This document shows positions 1 to 11,277 of a DNA stretch of 64,000 nt, piece after piece (positions within the stretch are counted from its first letter, which is position 1; each line of letters begins with the position of its first letter). A program made the translations under genes and the position numbers. This DNA is from Rubripirellula sp. (GTDB taxonomy: Bacteria; Planctomycetota; Planctomycetia; Pirellulales; Pirellulaceae), in contig OZ244207.1 in the NCBI GenBank assembly GCA_965216875.1, positions 6,496,001-6,560,000 on the forward strand, written 5' to 3'. The notes beneath the pieces were generated by a model. That model made no database searches and was not told the origin of the DNA. It worked only from the letters and a program-made list of their open reading frames with translations.

Positions 1-1880
1 GGCGATTCCGGCATCGGTGTGATGTCATCAACGATCAACTTTGCTTTACCGTCGGCGTGATAGAATTTGCCGTCTGCAAAGAGGCGTCGTTGTTGTTCCG
101 GTTCCGCTCCGCCTTTGGCTTGTTCGGCACTCCAAGGCCATTGCAGTCCGCCCAGTTTGTCGATTTGTTCGTAGCCATTGACGCCGGTGATGTCACAGGG
201 CTGTCCTTCGCTTGCCCGTTGCATGATCCGAAAGACCGCCTCGGGATTGGTCCACTCGGCAAACATGTCGCCGACGCCCCAGTAATGGGCGATGCCTCGG
301 AAAATATGGAAGTCGGCCAGGGCTTGTCCCGGTGCGGGGCGAACCTTCTTGAGCAGTCCGTATCGCCGTTCGCTGTTGATGAAGGTTCCTTCCTTTTCAC
401 CCCATCCAGCGGCTGGCAAGATCAGGTCAGCTTGTTCGGCAGTCTCGGTCGAGTCGTACATGTCTTGCACGACCAGGAAATCAAGTTGCTCGATCAATTC
501 GTGGAAGTCGCCCTGGTCGATCCAGCTATGTGCGGGGTTGGTGGCGATGACCCACAAGCCTTTGATTTCACCGTTGCGAATGCCGTCGACGATTCGGTCG
601 TAACTCCAACTGCCTTCGGTCGGGATGGTTTCGACATCGATGCCAAGGACGTCGGCAACCTTTTGGCGATCCGCTTCGCTTTCGAATTTGTGATGCCCGA
701 ATAGGTTCGTCGTGTTGCTCCAAAGTCGCGAACCCATCGCGTTGCATTGACCGGTAATGCTGTTGGCACCCGTTCCCGGCTTGCCAATGTTCCCGGTGAT
801 CAAGGCAATGTTGATGATCGCTTGAGCCGTCCGCGTCCCCTCGTAGCTCTGGTTGACACCCATCGTCCACCACAGCGAGGCTGCGTCGGCGTCGGCAATG
901 GTGTCGGCGGCGCGACGGATGGTGTCGGCAGGGATGCCGGAGGTTTCGGCAACCGTTTCGGGGCTAAAGCTTTCGACGTGTTGGCACAGTTCGTCAAAGC
1001 CCGTCGTGTTGGCATCGACAAACGCCCGGTCGACTTTGCCCGATTGGATGATGTGATGAGTGATCGCGTACAGCAGCGCCAAATCAGACTTTGGCTCGAT
1101 CTGCAAATGTTGGGTCGCTGCCATCGCCGTTTCGGTTCGGCGCGGATCAATGACAATGATCTCGGGAGATTTTTCGTTTCGCAAGACGCGTTCCCACATG
1201 ATCGGGTGGCCGATACAGGGGTTGGAGCCAACGAACACGATGCAATCGCTTTGTTCGAAATCGTCATAGGTGTATGGCGGTGCGTCAAAGCCGAACGATT
1301 CTTTGTAGGCCGTCACGGCAGTGGCCATGCATTGACGTGTGTTTCCGTCGCCGTGCTTGATGCCCATGCCAAATTTGGCGACCGCACCAAGCATCGCCAT
1401 TTCTTCGCAGGGGATTTGGCCAGTGCTTAGGAAAGCGATCGAGTCGTTGCCATGTTCGGCCTGGATCGCTTTCATCTTGGACGTGAACAGCTTGAACGCT
1501 TCATCCCAAGAAACGGCTTTGCGTGTTCCGTCACTTTGTCGAACAAGTGGCTCGGTTGCCCGGTCGTCGGCTTCCAGCACACGCAGCGCTTCCCAGCCTT
1601 TTGGACAGGCCATGCCGAGGTTGACGGGATAGGCTGTCTCGGGAGTTAGGCCGATGCCTTCGCCGTCGCGGACGTGCAATCGCAAGCCGCAACCGGTCGC
1701 GCAAAAGCCGCAAGCCGCAGTGGTTGTGGCGTCAGCCTGCATCGACTCATGCGTCATTCCCAAGCCGTGTTCGCCGGGATGCAACAGAAGTTCGCGCGTC
1801 ATTTTGCCGTCACGTTGCTGGAGCAACTGTGGCAACTGGACCGATTTGCGAGATTCGTTTGGCGTCAGTGTTTGGCTCAT
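1..1880 (-). CDS. nasA: Molybdopterin oxidoreductase, assimilatory-type nitrate reductase catalytic subunit (3' end runs off the window)
   Basis: Absent from the ORF track (no stop in window). Read manually from ATG 1880: [12 protein letters not shown]...[10 protein letters not shown]...[14 protein letters not shown], the CxxCxxxC...C [4Fe-4S] motif of Mo-bisPGD enzymes. No twin-Arg signal. ATGA overlap with the upstream stop. Downstream of nrtABCD. Confidence 0.88.
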   Translation of the reverse strand, partial: MSQTLTPNESRKSVQLPQLLQQRDGKMTRELLLHPGEHGLGMTHESMQADATTTAACGFCATGCGLRLHVRDGEGIGLTPETAYPVNLGMACPKGWEALRVLEADDRATEPLVRQSDGTRKAVSWDEAFKLFTSKMKAIQAEHGNDSIAFLSTGQIPCEEMAMLGAVAKFGMGIKHGDGNTRQCMATAVTAYKESFGFDAPPYTYDDFEQSDCIVFVGSNPCIGHPIMWERVLRNEKSPEIIVIDPRRTETAMAATQHLQIEPKSDLALLYAITHHIIQSGKVDRAFVDANTTGFDELCQHVESFSPETVAETSGIPADTIRRAADTIADADAASLWWTMGVNQSYEGTRTAQAIINIALITGNIGKPGTGANSITGQCNAMGSRLWSNTTNLFGHHKFESEADRQKVADVLGIDVETIPTEGSWSYDRIVDGIRNGEIKGLWVIATNPAHSWIDQGDFHELIEQLDFLVVQDMYDSTETAEQADLILPAAGWGEKEGTFINSERRYGLLKKVRPAPGQALADFHIFRGIAHYWGVGDMFAEWTNPEAVFRIMQRASEGQPCDITGVNGYEQIDKLGGLQWPWSAEQAKGGAEPEQQRRLFADGKFYHADGKAKLIVDDITPMPES

Positions 1881-3601
1881 CGCAGCGTCCCCGGCATTCG
1901 GTCGTAAACCACGCTGCTGAAATACAACAGCCTTTCAAATCCCTCGCCGACGGCAAGTGTCAATGCACCGCCGATCGCCAATGGCAACGCTAGCGAAGGC
2001 AACGCGATCACCGAGACCGTTGCGGCAATCAGAAGCCCGAGCGATGCGAGTCCCATTGCGATGCGAGTCTTGACCAGTGGCTTGAGTTCCCGAGCAACCA
2101 GAGCGCGGCTGCGGCGATCGTAGTCGTCGCCTCCGATCCCGCCGGTAGGCTTGAATTGCAATCGGTTTTCCCAGTCGAGTTTGATTCCCAAAGCCGCGAC
2201 GCCAACGATCAACGCGATCGCTGTTAGCGGGCTCGATGCTTGAGCGTAGATCATTGCGACGGCGGTCCAGGCTGCACCGGCAGCGAGCGTTGTTCCAAAG
2301 AACCGCTTCAAGGTTCGTGAGTGACGCCATAGCACTCGCTTGGTTGCGATGTAAATCATCGCACTGCAGTACAACCCAGCGACACCAAAGAGAATCGATG
2401 TGCCAAGCAAAGCCTTGGCAACCCAGGTTGGGACCCAAGCATTGACCGTTTCGGCAAGGCCTTCGCTGATCACAGGCAACCACAGGAGTCCAACGGCAAG
2501 GGCAAGGATCCCGGCGAACTTCCCAAGCACCACCGCTTCGCGGCTAAGCCAGCTTGTCCGAAGTCCGAGGAAGATGCGCCAGGACCGCAAAGGTTGTCCG
2601 AGGTGCATCGGTGCAAGGTTCAAACCAATCGCAGCGATGACAAAGGCGACAAGTGCATTGATACGGGTCGCCATGATCGGCATCTCTTCGCCGCCGAACC
2701 AAAGGATTGAAGCGGCGATCCGTTCAATCAACAACATCCCGACAGAGATTTGAGTTCCAACCAACATCAGGGCGAGTGGCCAATGGTCTTCGGCCACCTC
2801 GTCGACACCTTGGTCGTGCGGTTGAGCGTCGAGGAACGCTTCGACGTTGCCCGATGGGCTGGCATAGTTGGTCGTTGGCTGGGTGATGTCTGAGGGTGCA
2901 GTTCCCGGCGCGACTTGAGCGGGGAATTGTGCGACTTCGTTTTCGTCGACGATTTGAATCGAGATCGCTTCGTTGGGACACGATTGAACACATGCGGGTG
3001 CTTCGCCCACACTGAGCCGTTGGTGACACATGTCGCATTTGCGAACGATCCCAAGTCGATCGCTGTACTGTGGCACTTCGTAGGGGCACATCATCGTGCA
3101 GTACTTGCAACCAATGCACTGGTCGTCCAAGTGACGGACGATGCCGGTTTCGGGATCTTTGTCGTACGCTTTGACGGGACATCCGCTCAAGCAGCCTGGT
3201 TCGACGCAGTGATGACAAGCGGAGGTGACGTGTTGGATTCGCGATTCCGGCTGGCCGATGGTCACCGTGCCGACACGCCGCCAGCTTTCGTTCTCTTCCA
3301 GCCCGTTCATCGTGTGACAGGCAACCACGCAGGCTTTACAGCCACTGCATGCGTCAAGGTCAACGCGAAAGGCGTACTGTTGCCCTGGTCCAGGCGCGGT
3401 CGCGGGCAACAAACTGCGATAGTACGCCGCTTGAGCCGGCTCTTGTTCAGGAAGGTCGCCCGCATCATGCAACGCACTAAACCGCTCGACCGCAGTCAGC
3501 GTTTGCTGCTCGGACAATAACATTTCGACCAAATCGAACTTGGGCTCGTTCGATGCGTCGTCGCTATGTTGATCGGTTGGTGAAGGGAGCGTTGTGGACA
3601 T
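1877..3601 (-). CDS. Fused 4x[4Fe-4S] ferredoxin (DmsB-like) + DmsC/YnfH-type membrane anchor
   Basis: Cys groups [37 protein letters not shown] and KCDMC..ACVQSCP, followed by about 8 hydrophobic helices with [13 protein letters not shown] (DmsC/NrfD-type signature). Confidence 0.9.
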   Translation of the reverse strand: MSTTLPSPTDQHSDDASNEPKFDLVEMLLSEQQTLTAVERFSALHDAGDLPEQEPAQAAYYRSLLPATAPGPGQQYAFRVDLDACSGCKACVVACHTMNGLEENESWRRVGTVTIGQPESRIQHVTSACHHCVEPGCLSGCPVKAYDKDPETGIVRHLDDQCIGCKYCTMMCPYEVPQYSDRLGIVRKCDMCHQRLSVGEAPACVQSCPNEAISIQIVDENEVAQFPAQVAPGTAPSDITQPTTNYASPSGNVEAFLDAQPHDQGVDEVAEDHWPLALMLVGTQISVGMLLIERIAASILWFGGEEMPIMATRINALVAFVIAAIGLNLAPMHLGQPLRSWRIFLGLRTSWLSREAVVLGKFAGILALAVGLLWLPVISEGLAETVNAWVPTWVAKALLGTSILFGVAGLYCSAMIYIATKRVLWRHSRTLKRFFGTTLAAGAAWTAVAMIYAQASSPLTAIALIVGVAALGIKLDWENRLQFKPTGGIGGDDYDRRSRALVARELKPLVKTRIAMGLASLGLLIAATVSVIALPSLALPLAIGGALTLAVGEGFERLLYFSSVVYDRMPGTLR

Positions 3602-3607
3602 GAGTTC

Positions 3608-4525
3608 CTAGAAGTACAGCGCGGTGACACTTGCTAACTTGTCGCCATCAAAGAAAGGAATGGCCAACCCGCTTGTTGGTTTGGTCGGCAATTCGCCTAG
3701 CGTTCGGCCCGCAGCCAGACGCTCGGGATCATCCGTCAGAGCCGCAGCACCGCGAGATGCGGCGAGTCCCGGCAAGCCGGCATCGGCCGGCAACGTCGTC
3801 TGTTCAGGCAGCGCGAACGGAGCACCGGCGTCGCTGAACGCACCGCCGACCAACGAAAAGCCAGCATCGGTGACGTTCCAGACTTCCATGGCTTGGGCAA
3901 GTGGCGAGACGGCAGAACTGATCAGCAAGACCGAGCTATGGAAGTTGTCCGATGCGATCGGAATACCAATCGCGGTTTTGAGCAATTCGGCCGATGCACC
4001 GGCGGCTCGCAGGAACCCAGGATGGTTTGGCAGGTCGTCGTGAATCACACTCGAACGCTGTTGCCAAACTTGGCCAGGCAGTCCGTTTCCTTTTTCGAAA
4101 CGAACGAAGGAGCTCACGTTCTGGAAACGCTCCATGCGGCCATAGAAGCCAGCCTTGAGCGAAACTTCTTCGTAGATGCCGATGGGTTCCCAAACTTCGA
4201 AGACGCCGACAACGTTGTCTTGGCCGTCGCAAAGCTTCTTTGATGAAAGGACAACGACCGAAACGATTTGTCCGCTACGGTAAACCGGTATCGCGATCGA
4301 CGCCGAAGCGTCCGAAGGAAGCGATCCTGCGTCGGTGCACACTTCGGCCGAGCCCGATTGGATCGCTTTTTGCGCGATCGATTCGGCCGGCGCGCCGATG
4401 GCGCCCGCGATTTGGTTATCGGCGATGTCATAAACATTGACATCGCACAAGAACGAATTGGATGGTAACGAGGAAATAGACAAGAGATCGAAAAACCGGG
4501 AACGAGGGAGGGGGCCGATTGTCAT
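3608..4525 (-). CDS. GAF-domain protein (tandem GAF-like, no output domain); start uncertain
   Basis: FEKGNGLPGQVWQQ...FLRAAGA...TAIGIP and a second AGLPGLAA...GLAIPF segment are GAF-like. Tight operon spacing. Confidence 0.65.
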   Translation of the reverse strand: MTIGPLPRSRFFDLLSISSLPSNSFLCDVNVYDIADNQIAGAIGAPAESIAQKAIQSGSAEVCTDAGSLPSDASASIAIPVYRSGQIVSVVVLSSKKLCDGQDNVVGVFEVWEPIGIYEEVSLKAGFYGRMERFQNVSSFVRFEKGNGLPGQVWQQRSSVIHDDLPNHPGFLRAAGASAELLKTAIGIPIASDNFHSSVLLISSAVSPLAQAMEVWNVTDAGFSLVGGAFSDAGAPFALPEQTTLPADAGLPGLAASRGAAALTDDPERLAAGRTLGELPTKPTSGLAIPFFDGDKLASVTALYF

Positions 4526-4546
4526 CTTGACGTCGCGGGTCGTTGT

Positions 4547-5413
4547 TTAGACCGTTTCAGCAACTTCATTGGCGGATTCGGAAGACTCTTCTTCCGCTTT
4601 CTTCGCTTCCAAAGCTGCCAGATCCTCCTTGAGTTTTTTGTGATCCTGATCTTCGAGGAAGTGGATCATGTCGCCCCGTAAGTCGTAGTAATCGGGATGC
4701 TCAAGCACTTCGGCTCGGACGCGCGGGCGATCGAAAGGCATGTCAAAGATCTTGCCCACGCGAGCACGCGGCCCGTTGGTCATCATCACGACTCGGTCGC
4801 TCATAAACAGAGCTTCGTCGACATCGTGGGTGATCATCATGGTGGTGACCTTGTCACGCACCAGGATTTCAAGAAGCACTTCTTGCAGTTCCATCCGCGT
4901 CAACGAATCGAGCATGCCGAACGGTTCGTCAAGCAATAGCATCTTGGGGCGCAGAGCGAACGCGCGAGCGATGCCAACACGTTGTTGCATCCCTTGGCTG
5001 AGGTCCGATGCTCGCATGTTCAGGCTGTTGCCAAGACCGACAAGCGAGAGGTAGTAGCCCGCCAGGTCGCGGCGATCGGCCTTGGTCGCATGCGGGTAGA
5101 CTTGGTTGACTCCGAGCATGACGTTTTCCATCGCTGTCATCCAAGGCATCAAGCAAGGCGACTGGAAAACGACACCGCGGTCAGGACCTGGGCCACGAAT
5201 TTCGTGGTGATCGACCACGACACCGCCGTGAGTGATGTCGTTGAGTCCGGCGACCATGGTCAACACGGTGCTCTTGCCACAACCGGAGTGCCCGAGCAGG
5301 CAAACGTATTCGCCTTGTTCCATGTTCAGGTTGAACTGCTCGACAATGATCGCAGGACCATTGGGCGTGTCGTAGGTTTTTCCGAGATTGAACATCTCGA
5401 CGTAACCGGCCAT
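4547..5413 (-). CDS. nrtD: Nitrate ABC transporter ATP-binding subunit
   Basis: Walker [10 protein letters not shown], signature [37 protein letters not shown] is typical of NrtC/D. Confidence 0.88.
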   Translation of the reverse strand: MAGYVEMFNLGKTYDTPNGPAIIVEQFNLNMEQGEYVCLLGHSGCGKSTVLTMVAGLNDITHGGVVVDHHEIRGPGPDRGVVFQSPCLMPWMTAMENVMLGVNQVYPHATKADRRDLAGYYLSLVGLGNSLNMRASDLSQGMQQRVGIARAFALRPKMLLLDEPFGMLDSLTRMELQEVLLEILVRDKVTTMMITHDVDEALFMSDRVVMMTNGPRARVGKIFDMPFDRPRVRAEVLEHPDYYDLRGDMIHFLEDQDHKKLKEDLAALEAKKAEEESSESANEVAETV

Positions 5414-5460
5414 TTCTGTTTCTTTCGCTTAGGTGGAGGGGGATTGCGAAGTCTTGTTTG

Positions 5461-5500
5461 GCGTTGCTGTAGCGTTGGGAGCGTTGCTGTAGCGTTGGGA
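5461..5500. repeat. Exact 20-bp tandem duplication (GCGTTGCTGTAGCGTTGGGA x2)
   Basis: Seen directly between the two ATPase genes. Confidence 0.9.
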
Positions 5501-5501
5501 G

Positions 5502-6443
5502 CTAGGCGTTCGGATTGATGAACGCTTTGCTCGGCAGCGACAGGTCGGCGGGCTTGATGTCGGGCAAACGGAATTCAGTCGTCGATTCCGCAGATTCCTT
5601 ATCACGCGAGCGTTGGCGCACGGCGACCAGGTAGTTGGTCACGGCATTTCGCAGTCCTTTGAATGTTTCGTTGTGGTTCAACTCGGTTTTGTTGCGAGGA
5701 CGATCGAGTTCGACCGTGAACGCAGGGCCAAGTGAAGCGCGAGGGCCGGGGTTGAGTGGGACGATGCGGTCAGCAACGAGAATCGCTTCGTCGACGTCGT
5801 TGGTGATCATCACGCACGTTTGTCGCTCCTCTTCCCAGATCTTGAGGATCTCTTCCTGCATCACACTTCGCGTCAGCGCGTCGAGAGCCGAAAGCGGTTC
5901 GTCCAACAACAGGACTTTTGGTTTCATCGCCAGCGTCCGTGCCAGCGATGTACGTTGACGCATGCCGCCAGAAAGTTCATGAGGCCGACGATGGGCAGCG
6001 TGGCTCAGACCCACCATCTCGATGAACTTCTCGACATGATCTTTGCGTTCTCCCTTGCTCCAATCTTTGAAGACACGATCAACCGACAAGGCAATGTTGC
6101 CCCGAACGGTCAACCAAGGCAGAAGCGAGTAGTTCTGAAACACGAGGCCGCGATCCGGTCCAGGACCAGTGATCACTTCGCCATCCATCGTGATTTCCCC
6201 AGCATCGGGGCGAATCAATCCGGCAAGCAGCTGAGTGAACGTCGTCTTACCGCTACCCGAAAACCCGACCACCGCAAGAAACTCGCCTTCGCGAATATTC
6301 AAGTTGATGTTGGTCAGGACTTCGTTTCGAGTGACGCCGCTACCGTAACCCTTGCTAACGTTCCGAAGCTGCATCAGCGGCTCGGGTGTCGACTCGGTTA
6401 AACGGTTGGAGATTGCGGGACGTGGAAGGACAGCAACGCTCAT
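5502..6443 (-). CDS. nrtC: Nitrate ABC transporter ATP-binding subunit (NrtC-like, lacking the C-terminal regulatory domain)
   Basis: [46 protein letters not shown]. Confidence 0.82.
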   Translation of the reverse strand: MSVAVLPRPAISNRLTESTPEPLMQLRNVSKGYGSGVTRNEVLTNINLNIREGEFLAVVGFSGSGKTTFTQLLAGLIRPDAGEITMDGEVITGPGPDRGLVFQNYSLLPWLTVRGNIALSVDRVFKDWSKGERKDHVEKFIEMVGLSHAAHRRPHELSGGMRQRTSLARTLAMKPKVLLLDEPLSALDALTRSVMQEEILKIWEEERQTCVMITNDVDEAILVADRIVPLNPGPRASLGPAFTVELDRPRNKTELNHNETFKGLRNAVTNYLVAVRQRSRDKESAESTTEFRLPDIKPADLSLPSKAFINPNA

Positions 6444-6503
6444 CGTGTTTCTTCAGTTCGTACAAGTTGGAGATGAGAAAGGAAAACCCATGCGAGGCGG
6501 AGC

Positions 6504-7622
6504 CTATGCGGGAGCTGGGTTGCCGAAACTCACCAGGTTTCGCAAGCAGATCATGATTCGGTCGAGGCACAGACCAATCAGGCCGATGATGATCACGCTG
6601 AATGCGATACGTGCGTAGGTAACGCTGCTACCGTTTTGGAATTCGTCCCAGACGAATTTTCCAAGCCCAGGGTTTTGGGCCAACATGTCAGCGGCAATCA
6701 GAACCATCCAACCCACGCCAAGACTGATCCGCATTCCAGCGAACATCAGTGGCAAACTTGCAGGCAAGATGATCTTGAAGAGTTGCTGCGACCACGAAAG
6801 CTTCAGCACTTTCGCGACGTTCATGTAATCCTTGTCCACGCTGGCAACGCCAAGAGTGGTGTTGACCAAAGTCGGCCATAACGAGCAAAGACAAACGGTG
6901 GTTGCCGAAATCAGAAACGCTTTGGGGAACAGGGGTTCGCCATCGGTTTGACCGCTGTAGGCCCAGATGATGACCAGGCCAGCGAGCGGCAACCATGCGA
7001 GTGGGCTAACCGGTTTGAAGACCTGGATCAATGGAGTCAACGCCGCGTTGAACCAAGGGCTCATGCCGCAAAGCACACCCAGTGGTACAGCGATAAAGGT
7101 GGCGATCGCAAAACCAAAGAAGACCGTTTTGAGGCTTGTTTTGATCTGGTCGACAAAGGTGGGTGCACTCGAGGGTTGATAGTTGGCTGCGATGACAGCT
7201 TTCTTTTTCAACGCCAATGCATTTGCCTGGCAGAGTTCTTTGTCTTTGCCGCTGACGGTTCCTGCTTTCTTTTCGTAAGCCTTGGCTTGGGCCATGAAGG
7301 TGACCGCTTCTTTCAGCTTGGCTTGTTTCTTAACAGCATCCTGAGCCTTCTGCTCTTTGTGCATCGCAAACAGTTCGGAACCTGCTGCCCACGTTGATGC
7401 GGGACTTGGCAATTGCATGCTGTCGGTCACGACGTACTTTGCGGCCAATGTCCAGCCACCCAGGAACAACGAGATCGCGGCGATAGGCAGGAACACAAAC
7501 TTTGCGATGCCTTTGAACTGTTCCTTTGGATCTTCGCCGGCGGCTAGCCGCACAAAGGGTTCCAAAATGGGGAGCCCTGCGACGTTGCAGAATCGCAGTG
7601 CATTTCCTCGCCAATTAGCCAT
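6504..7622 (-). CDS. nrtB: Nitrate ABC transporter permease
   Basis: PLIQVFKPVSPLAWLP, SLWPTLVNT, GMRISLGVGWMVLIAADML, GLGKFVWDEFQN. Confidence 0.88.
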   Translation of the reverse strand: MANWRGNALRFCNVAGLPILEPFVRLAAGEDPKEQFKGIAKFVFLPIAAISLFLGGWTLAAKYVVTDSMQLPSPASTWAAGSELFAMHKEQKAQDAVKKQAKLKEAVTFMAQAKAYEKKAGTVSGKDKELCQANALALKKKAVIAANYQPSSAPTFVDQIKTSLKTVFFGFAIATFIAVPLGVLCGMSPWFNAALTPLIQVFKPVSPLAWLPLAGLVIIWAYSGQTDGEPLFPKAFLISATTVCLCSLWPTLVNTTLGVASVDKDYMNVAKVLKLSWSQQLFKIILPASLPLMFAGMRISLGVGWMVLIAADMLAQNPGLGKFVWDEFQNGSSVTYARIAFSVIIIGLIGLCLDRIMICLRNLVSFGNPAPA

Positions 7623-7810
7623 GATCTTGTCGTTAACTTTCGTGGAGGGGGTCTAAGTTAAATTGGTTGTTCGGTGTTTGTTTTGTTTGGCAATCCACGG
7701 CCAGGCCGGACACAGGGCACCGGACCCTGCATCCGACCCGTATTGGCCGCTTCACGAACCAAGTGACCGAGGCGGTCAGCCACAAGGTTCGACAGCTTGC
7801 AAGGTTGGTG

Positions 7811-9301
<1,491 letters not shown>

Positions 9302-9374
9302 GGGAGGCAACCTTACGTTCGTGGGGTGCAAAAGTCATTGGGTGTAATACCTCTTGCGAGCCGCCACTGCCGAG

Positions 9375-9413
9375 GTTGCAACATTCCCGACCGGTGCTCG
9401 GAAACGTTACAAC
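9375..9413 (-). promoter_or_regulatory. 5'-leader stem-loop of the nrtA transcript
   Basis: Minus strand GTTGTAACGTTTCCGA-GCACCGG-TCGGGAATGTTGCAAC: 16-bp stem whose three imperfect pairs are all G-U on the transcribed strand; begins about 12 nt after the -12 element. Confidence 0.6.
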
Positions 9414-9422
9414 GGGCCTAAA

Positions 9423-9438
9423 TGCAACAGCCGTGCCA
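9423..9438 (-). promoter_or_regulatory. Sigma-54 (-24/-12) promoter for the nrtABCD-GAF-dmsBC-nasA operon
   Basis: Minus strand TGGCACGGCTGTTGCA, a perfect match to TGGCACG-N4-TTGCW. Confidence 0.8.
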
Positions 9439-9579
9439 AAACCACTTTGAGAGTTTTCTTTCGCATTCGCGAAGCGTGTTGATTCCGCCCCAGTGCGCAA
9501 CAATGTGAACCTTCCCCACCTTGTTGCTGAACATTCATCTCCGTTTCTTTTCCAAAGACCCGCTGGTTCATTGGGCAGC

Positions 9580-9596
9580 TGCCTGAGAATTAGGCG
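9580..9596. promoter_or_regulatory. Putative NtrC-type enhancer site
   Basis: TGCCT-GAGAATT-AGGCG, a 17-bp imperfect palindrome about 145 bp upstream of the sigma-54 promoter. Confidence 0.4.
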
Positions 9597-9656
9597 AGTG
9601 CCGAAAATCCGCGCAACTGCGGTAGGGGTGGCAAGGTAGGTTGTGGGGTAGTGCCC

Positions 9657-9750
9657 GTGAGCCCCCGGACGTGAGGCCTCGGGCGCGGCCCCGTTGGCAC
9701 GGTTTTGTGCCGTGTTAGGGGCCCAGCGTTCAGGGCCAGGGCGCTTACGC
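9657..9750 (-). repeat. REP-like family B, degenerate copy
   Basis: GTGAGC..CGTGAGGCCTCGGG...CGCTTACGC matches the copy at 49270-49370. Confidence 0.6.
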
Positions 9751-9785
9751 TTTACATGACCGCCAGGATTCACGGCCTTTCCCGC

Positions 9786-9920
9786 GCTCCAACAATCACC
9801 CTCCCGCTTGCGGGAGGGTCGGACGCAAAGTCCGGGGAGGGAACGATCTCAAATTATGCAACCCTCTCCGGGCCTTAGAGCCCGACTCTCCCAAGGGAGA
9901 GTGTTGACATGCGCAGTTTC
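9786..9920 (+). repeat. Palindromic intergenic repeat family A, copy 1
   Basis: GCTCCAACAATCACCCTCCCGCTTGCGGGAGGGTCGGACGCAAAGTCCGGGGAGGG...GAGCCCGACTCTCCCAAGGGAGAGTG; near-identical at 25051 and 59453, diverged at 50747. Confidence 0.92.
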
Positions 9921-10345
9921 TAGCCCGCAGCGCGTTGCGACTCGTGCGCTGCTTTGAGCATCACCGTGCTCAACGTGGTGTAGGTCTCCGTCCAGGCTTC
10001 TTTCACCTCCTCGGTAAAGTCGTCACCAAGACCTTGTTCGAGCGTCCACAACAAGGCGGCTCCTACGGTTTCGTAACTGTCGTCCGGGACACCGTAGCCG
10101 ACGTGCCGGCGACCAAGGTCTTCCACCGCCGGAATGATCGATTCGAGTCGGGTTAAGGATGTGACAGCGAGGTTCAAAGTGGCCATTAGCTTCTTGCCCT
10201 GCTCACTCATGTCTCCTTTGAAGAGCGATTGGAGCGAGGGGTCGAGGGTAAAGAGCCGGCCGTAAAAGAGTTGTGCGGCTTGCTCGGAGATGGGTTTGAC
10301 CTTTTCCCAGCTGGTTTGGACCAATTCAATTTGTTCGGGGGTCAT
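9920..10345 (-). CDS. Single-domain globin (flavohemoglobin/Vitreoscilla-Hb-like)
   Basis: LFYGRLF (B10 Tyr), QGKKLM (E7 Gln), LGRRHVGYGV (proximal His), VGAALLWTLEQGLG. Confidence 0.93.
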   Translation of the reverse strand: MTPEQIELVQTSWEKVKPISEQAAQLFYGRLFTLDPSLQSLFKGDMSEQGKKLMATLNLAVTSLTRLESIIPAVEDLGRRHVGYGVPDDSYETVGAALLWTLEQGLGDDFTEEVKEAWTETYTTLSTVMLKAAHESQRAAG

Positions 10346-10470
10346 TGGGTAGTTCTCTCGTTGGAGGGATCAAAGTGGTAAGGCGATTCGTTAGGAGCGA
10401 ATCAACTCGAAAGGATTGGGGGACCGGCATCCATGCCGACGCGACATCCCTGTTCGTTCATGCCAATCCA

Positions 10471-11112
10471 TTAAGGAAGGGGAACACGGACGAGGACGCC
10501 CCCCATGACGTCATCCTTGCCAAACTCTGGATAGTCATCACCGCGATTGGAGTGATCGTTGTGGCAACTCCAGCAAGCTTCGGCGACAGCTCGGTCGGGA
10601 TAGACCGCGACGAAGTAGTTTTTGCCACCGAGCGTTTCTTCGCCGTAAAAGTTCTCGCCGGGGTTGTCGCTCAAGAAATCAAGCGCCTTGGTCTCGAACT
10701 CGCTCTTCGGTTTGTGCTGTTCATTCAATGGCCACTTGCTGCGCAGTGAATAGGTGAAGCCAGCTTCCGGGTTTTCATCGACGAGCTCGGCGCCCATCCG
10801 GAACATTTGTGCCGGAAGCGGGATCGCGTTGTCCGTGTCGGACCAGTACTCGTCGGCGGTGACCGGAGCGTCCTGTTTCTTGAGATTTGTGACGACATGT
10901 TTGGCGTAGACCGTTCGGTCAGCCATCATCACGGCATGCACGCCATCGGCAAACATGCGTGGCGTGATACCAGCAGGCGGTGTCGACGACGCTTCCGAGG
11001 AACTGCAACCGGTCAGCATAAGGGTGGTCAGGACGATGACGACGCAAAGGCCGCCCACGCATTGTTCGATCTTGAACTCGCGTGATGCCGGGCGTTCGAA
11101 GAGACGGTTCAT
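10471..11112 (-). CDS. Monoheme c-type lipoprotein, DUF3365/Tll0287-like
   Basis: Lipobox LTGC, IPLPAQMFR, single CWSCH near the C-terminus, terminal VMGGVLVRVP. Confidence 0.78.
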   Translation of the reverse strand: MNRLFERPASREFKIEQCVGGLCVVIVLTTLMLTGCSSSEASSTPPAGITPRMFADGVHAVMMADRTVYAKHVVTNLKKQDAPVTADEYWSDTDNAIPLPAQMFRMGAELVDENPEAGFTYSLRSKWPLNEQHKPKSEFETKALDFLSDNPGENFYGEETLGGKNYFVAVYPDRAVAEACWSCHNDHSNRGDDYPEFGKDDVMGGVLVRVPLP

Positions 11113-11277
11113 AGTAGGTTTCTTTCACTTAGGTTGAGGGATCATGTTCGGTTTTGTTGACGCGAAGTCGTTCGCGGTACCAGCTCTCGCCAGAATCCTT
11201 CGGCAGGAAGTCAGTACCGCGAACCTTCGCATGCGATCGTTGCAATTACGGTGGGTGCATCGTTTTTCGGTTCACGT

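Noticed and set aside
57..1430. Plus-strand ORFs 57-704 and 747-1430
   Set aside because: Antisense shadows of the nitrate reductase, which the ORF track misses because it has no stop in the window.
9695..9712. TGGCACGGTTTTGTGC as a third sigma-54 promoter
   Set aside because: No TTGC at the -12 spacing; it is the GGCAC/GTGCC hairpin within a family B repeat.
9820..9835. GGACGCAAAGTCC as a c-di-GMP-I riboswitch fragment
   Set aside because: It is a hairpin of repeat family A; the GNRA P2 stem and the rest of the aptamer are absent.
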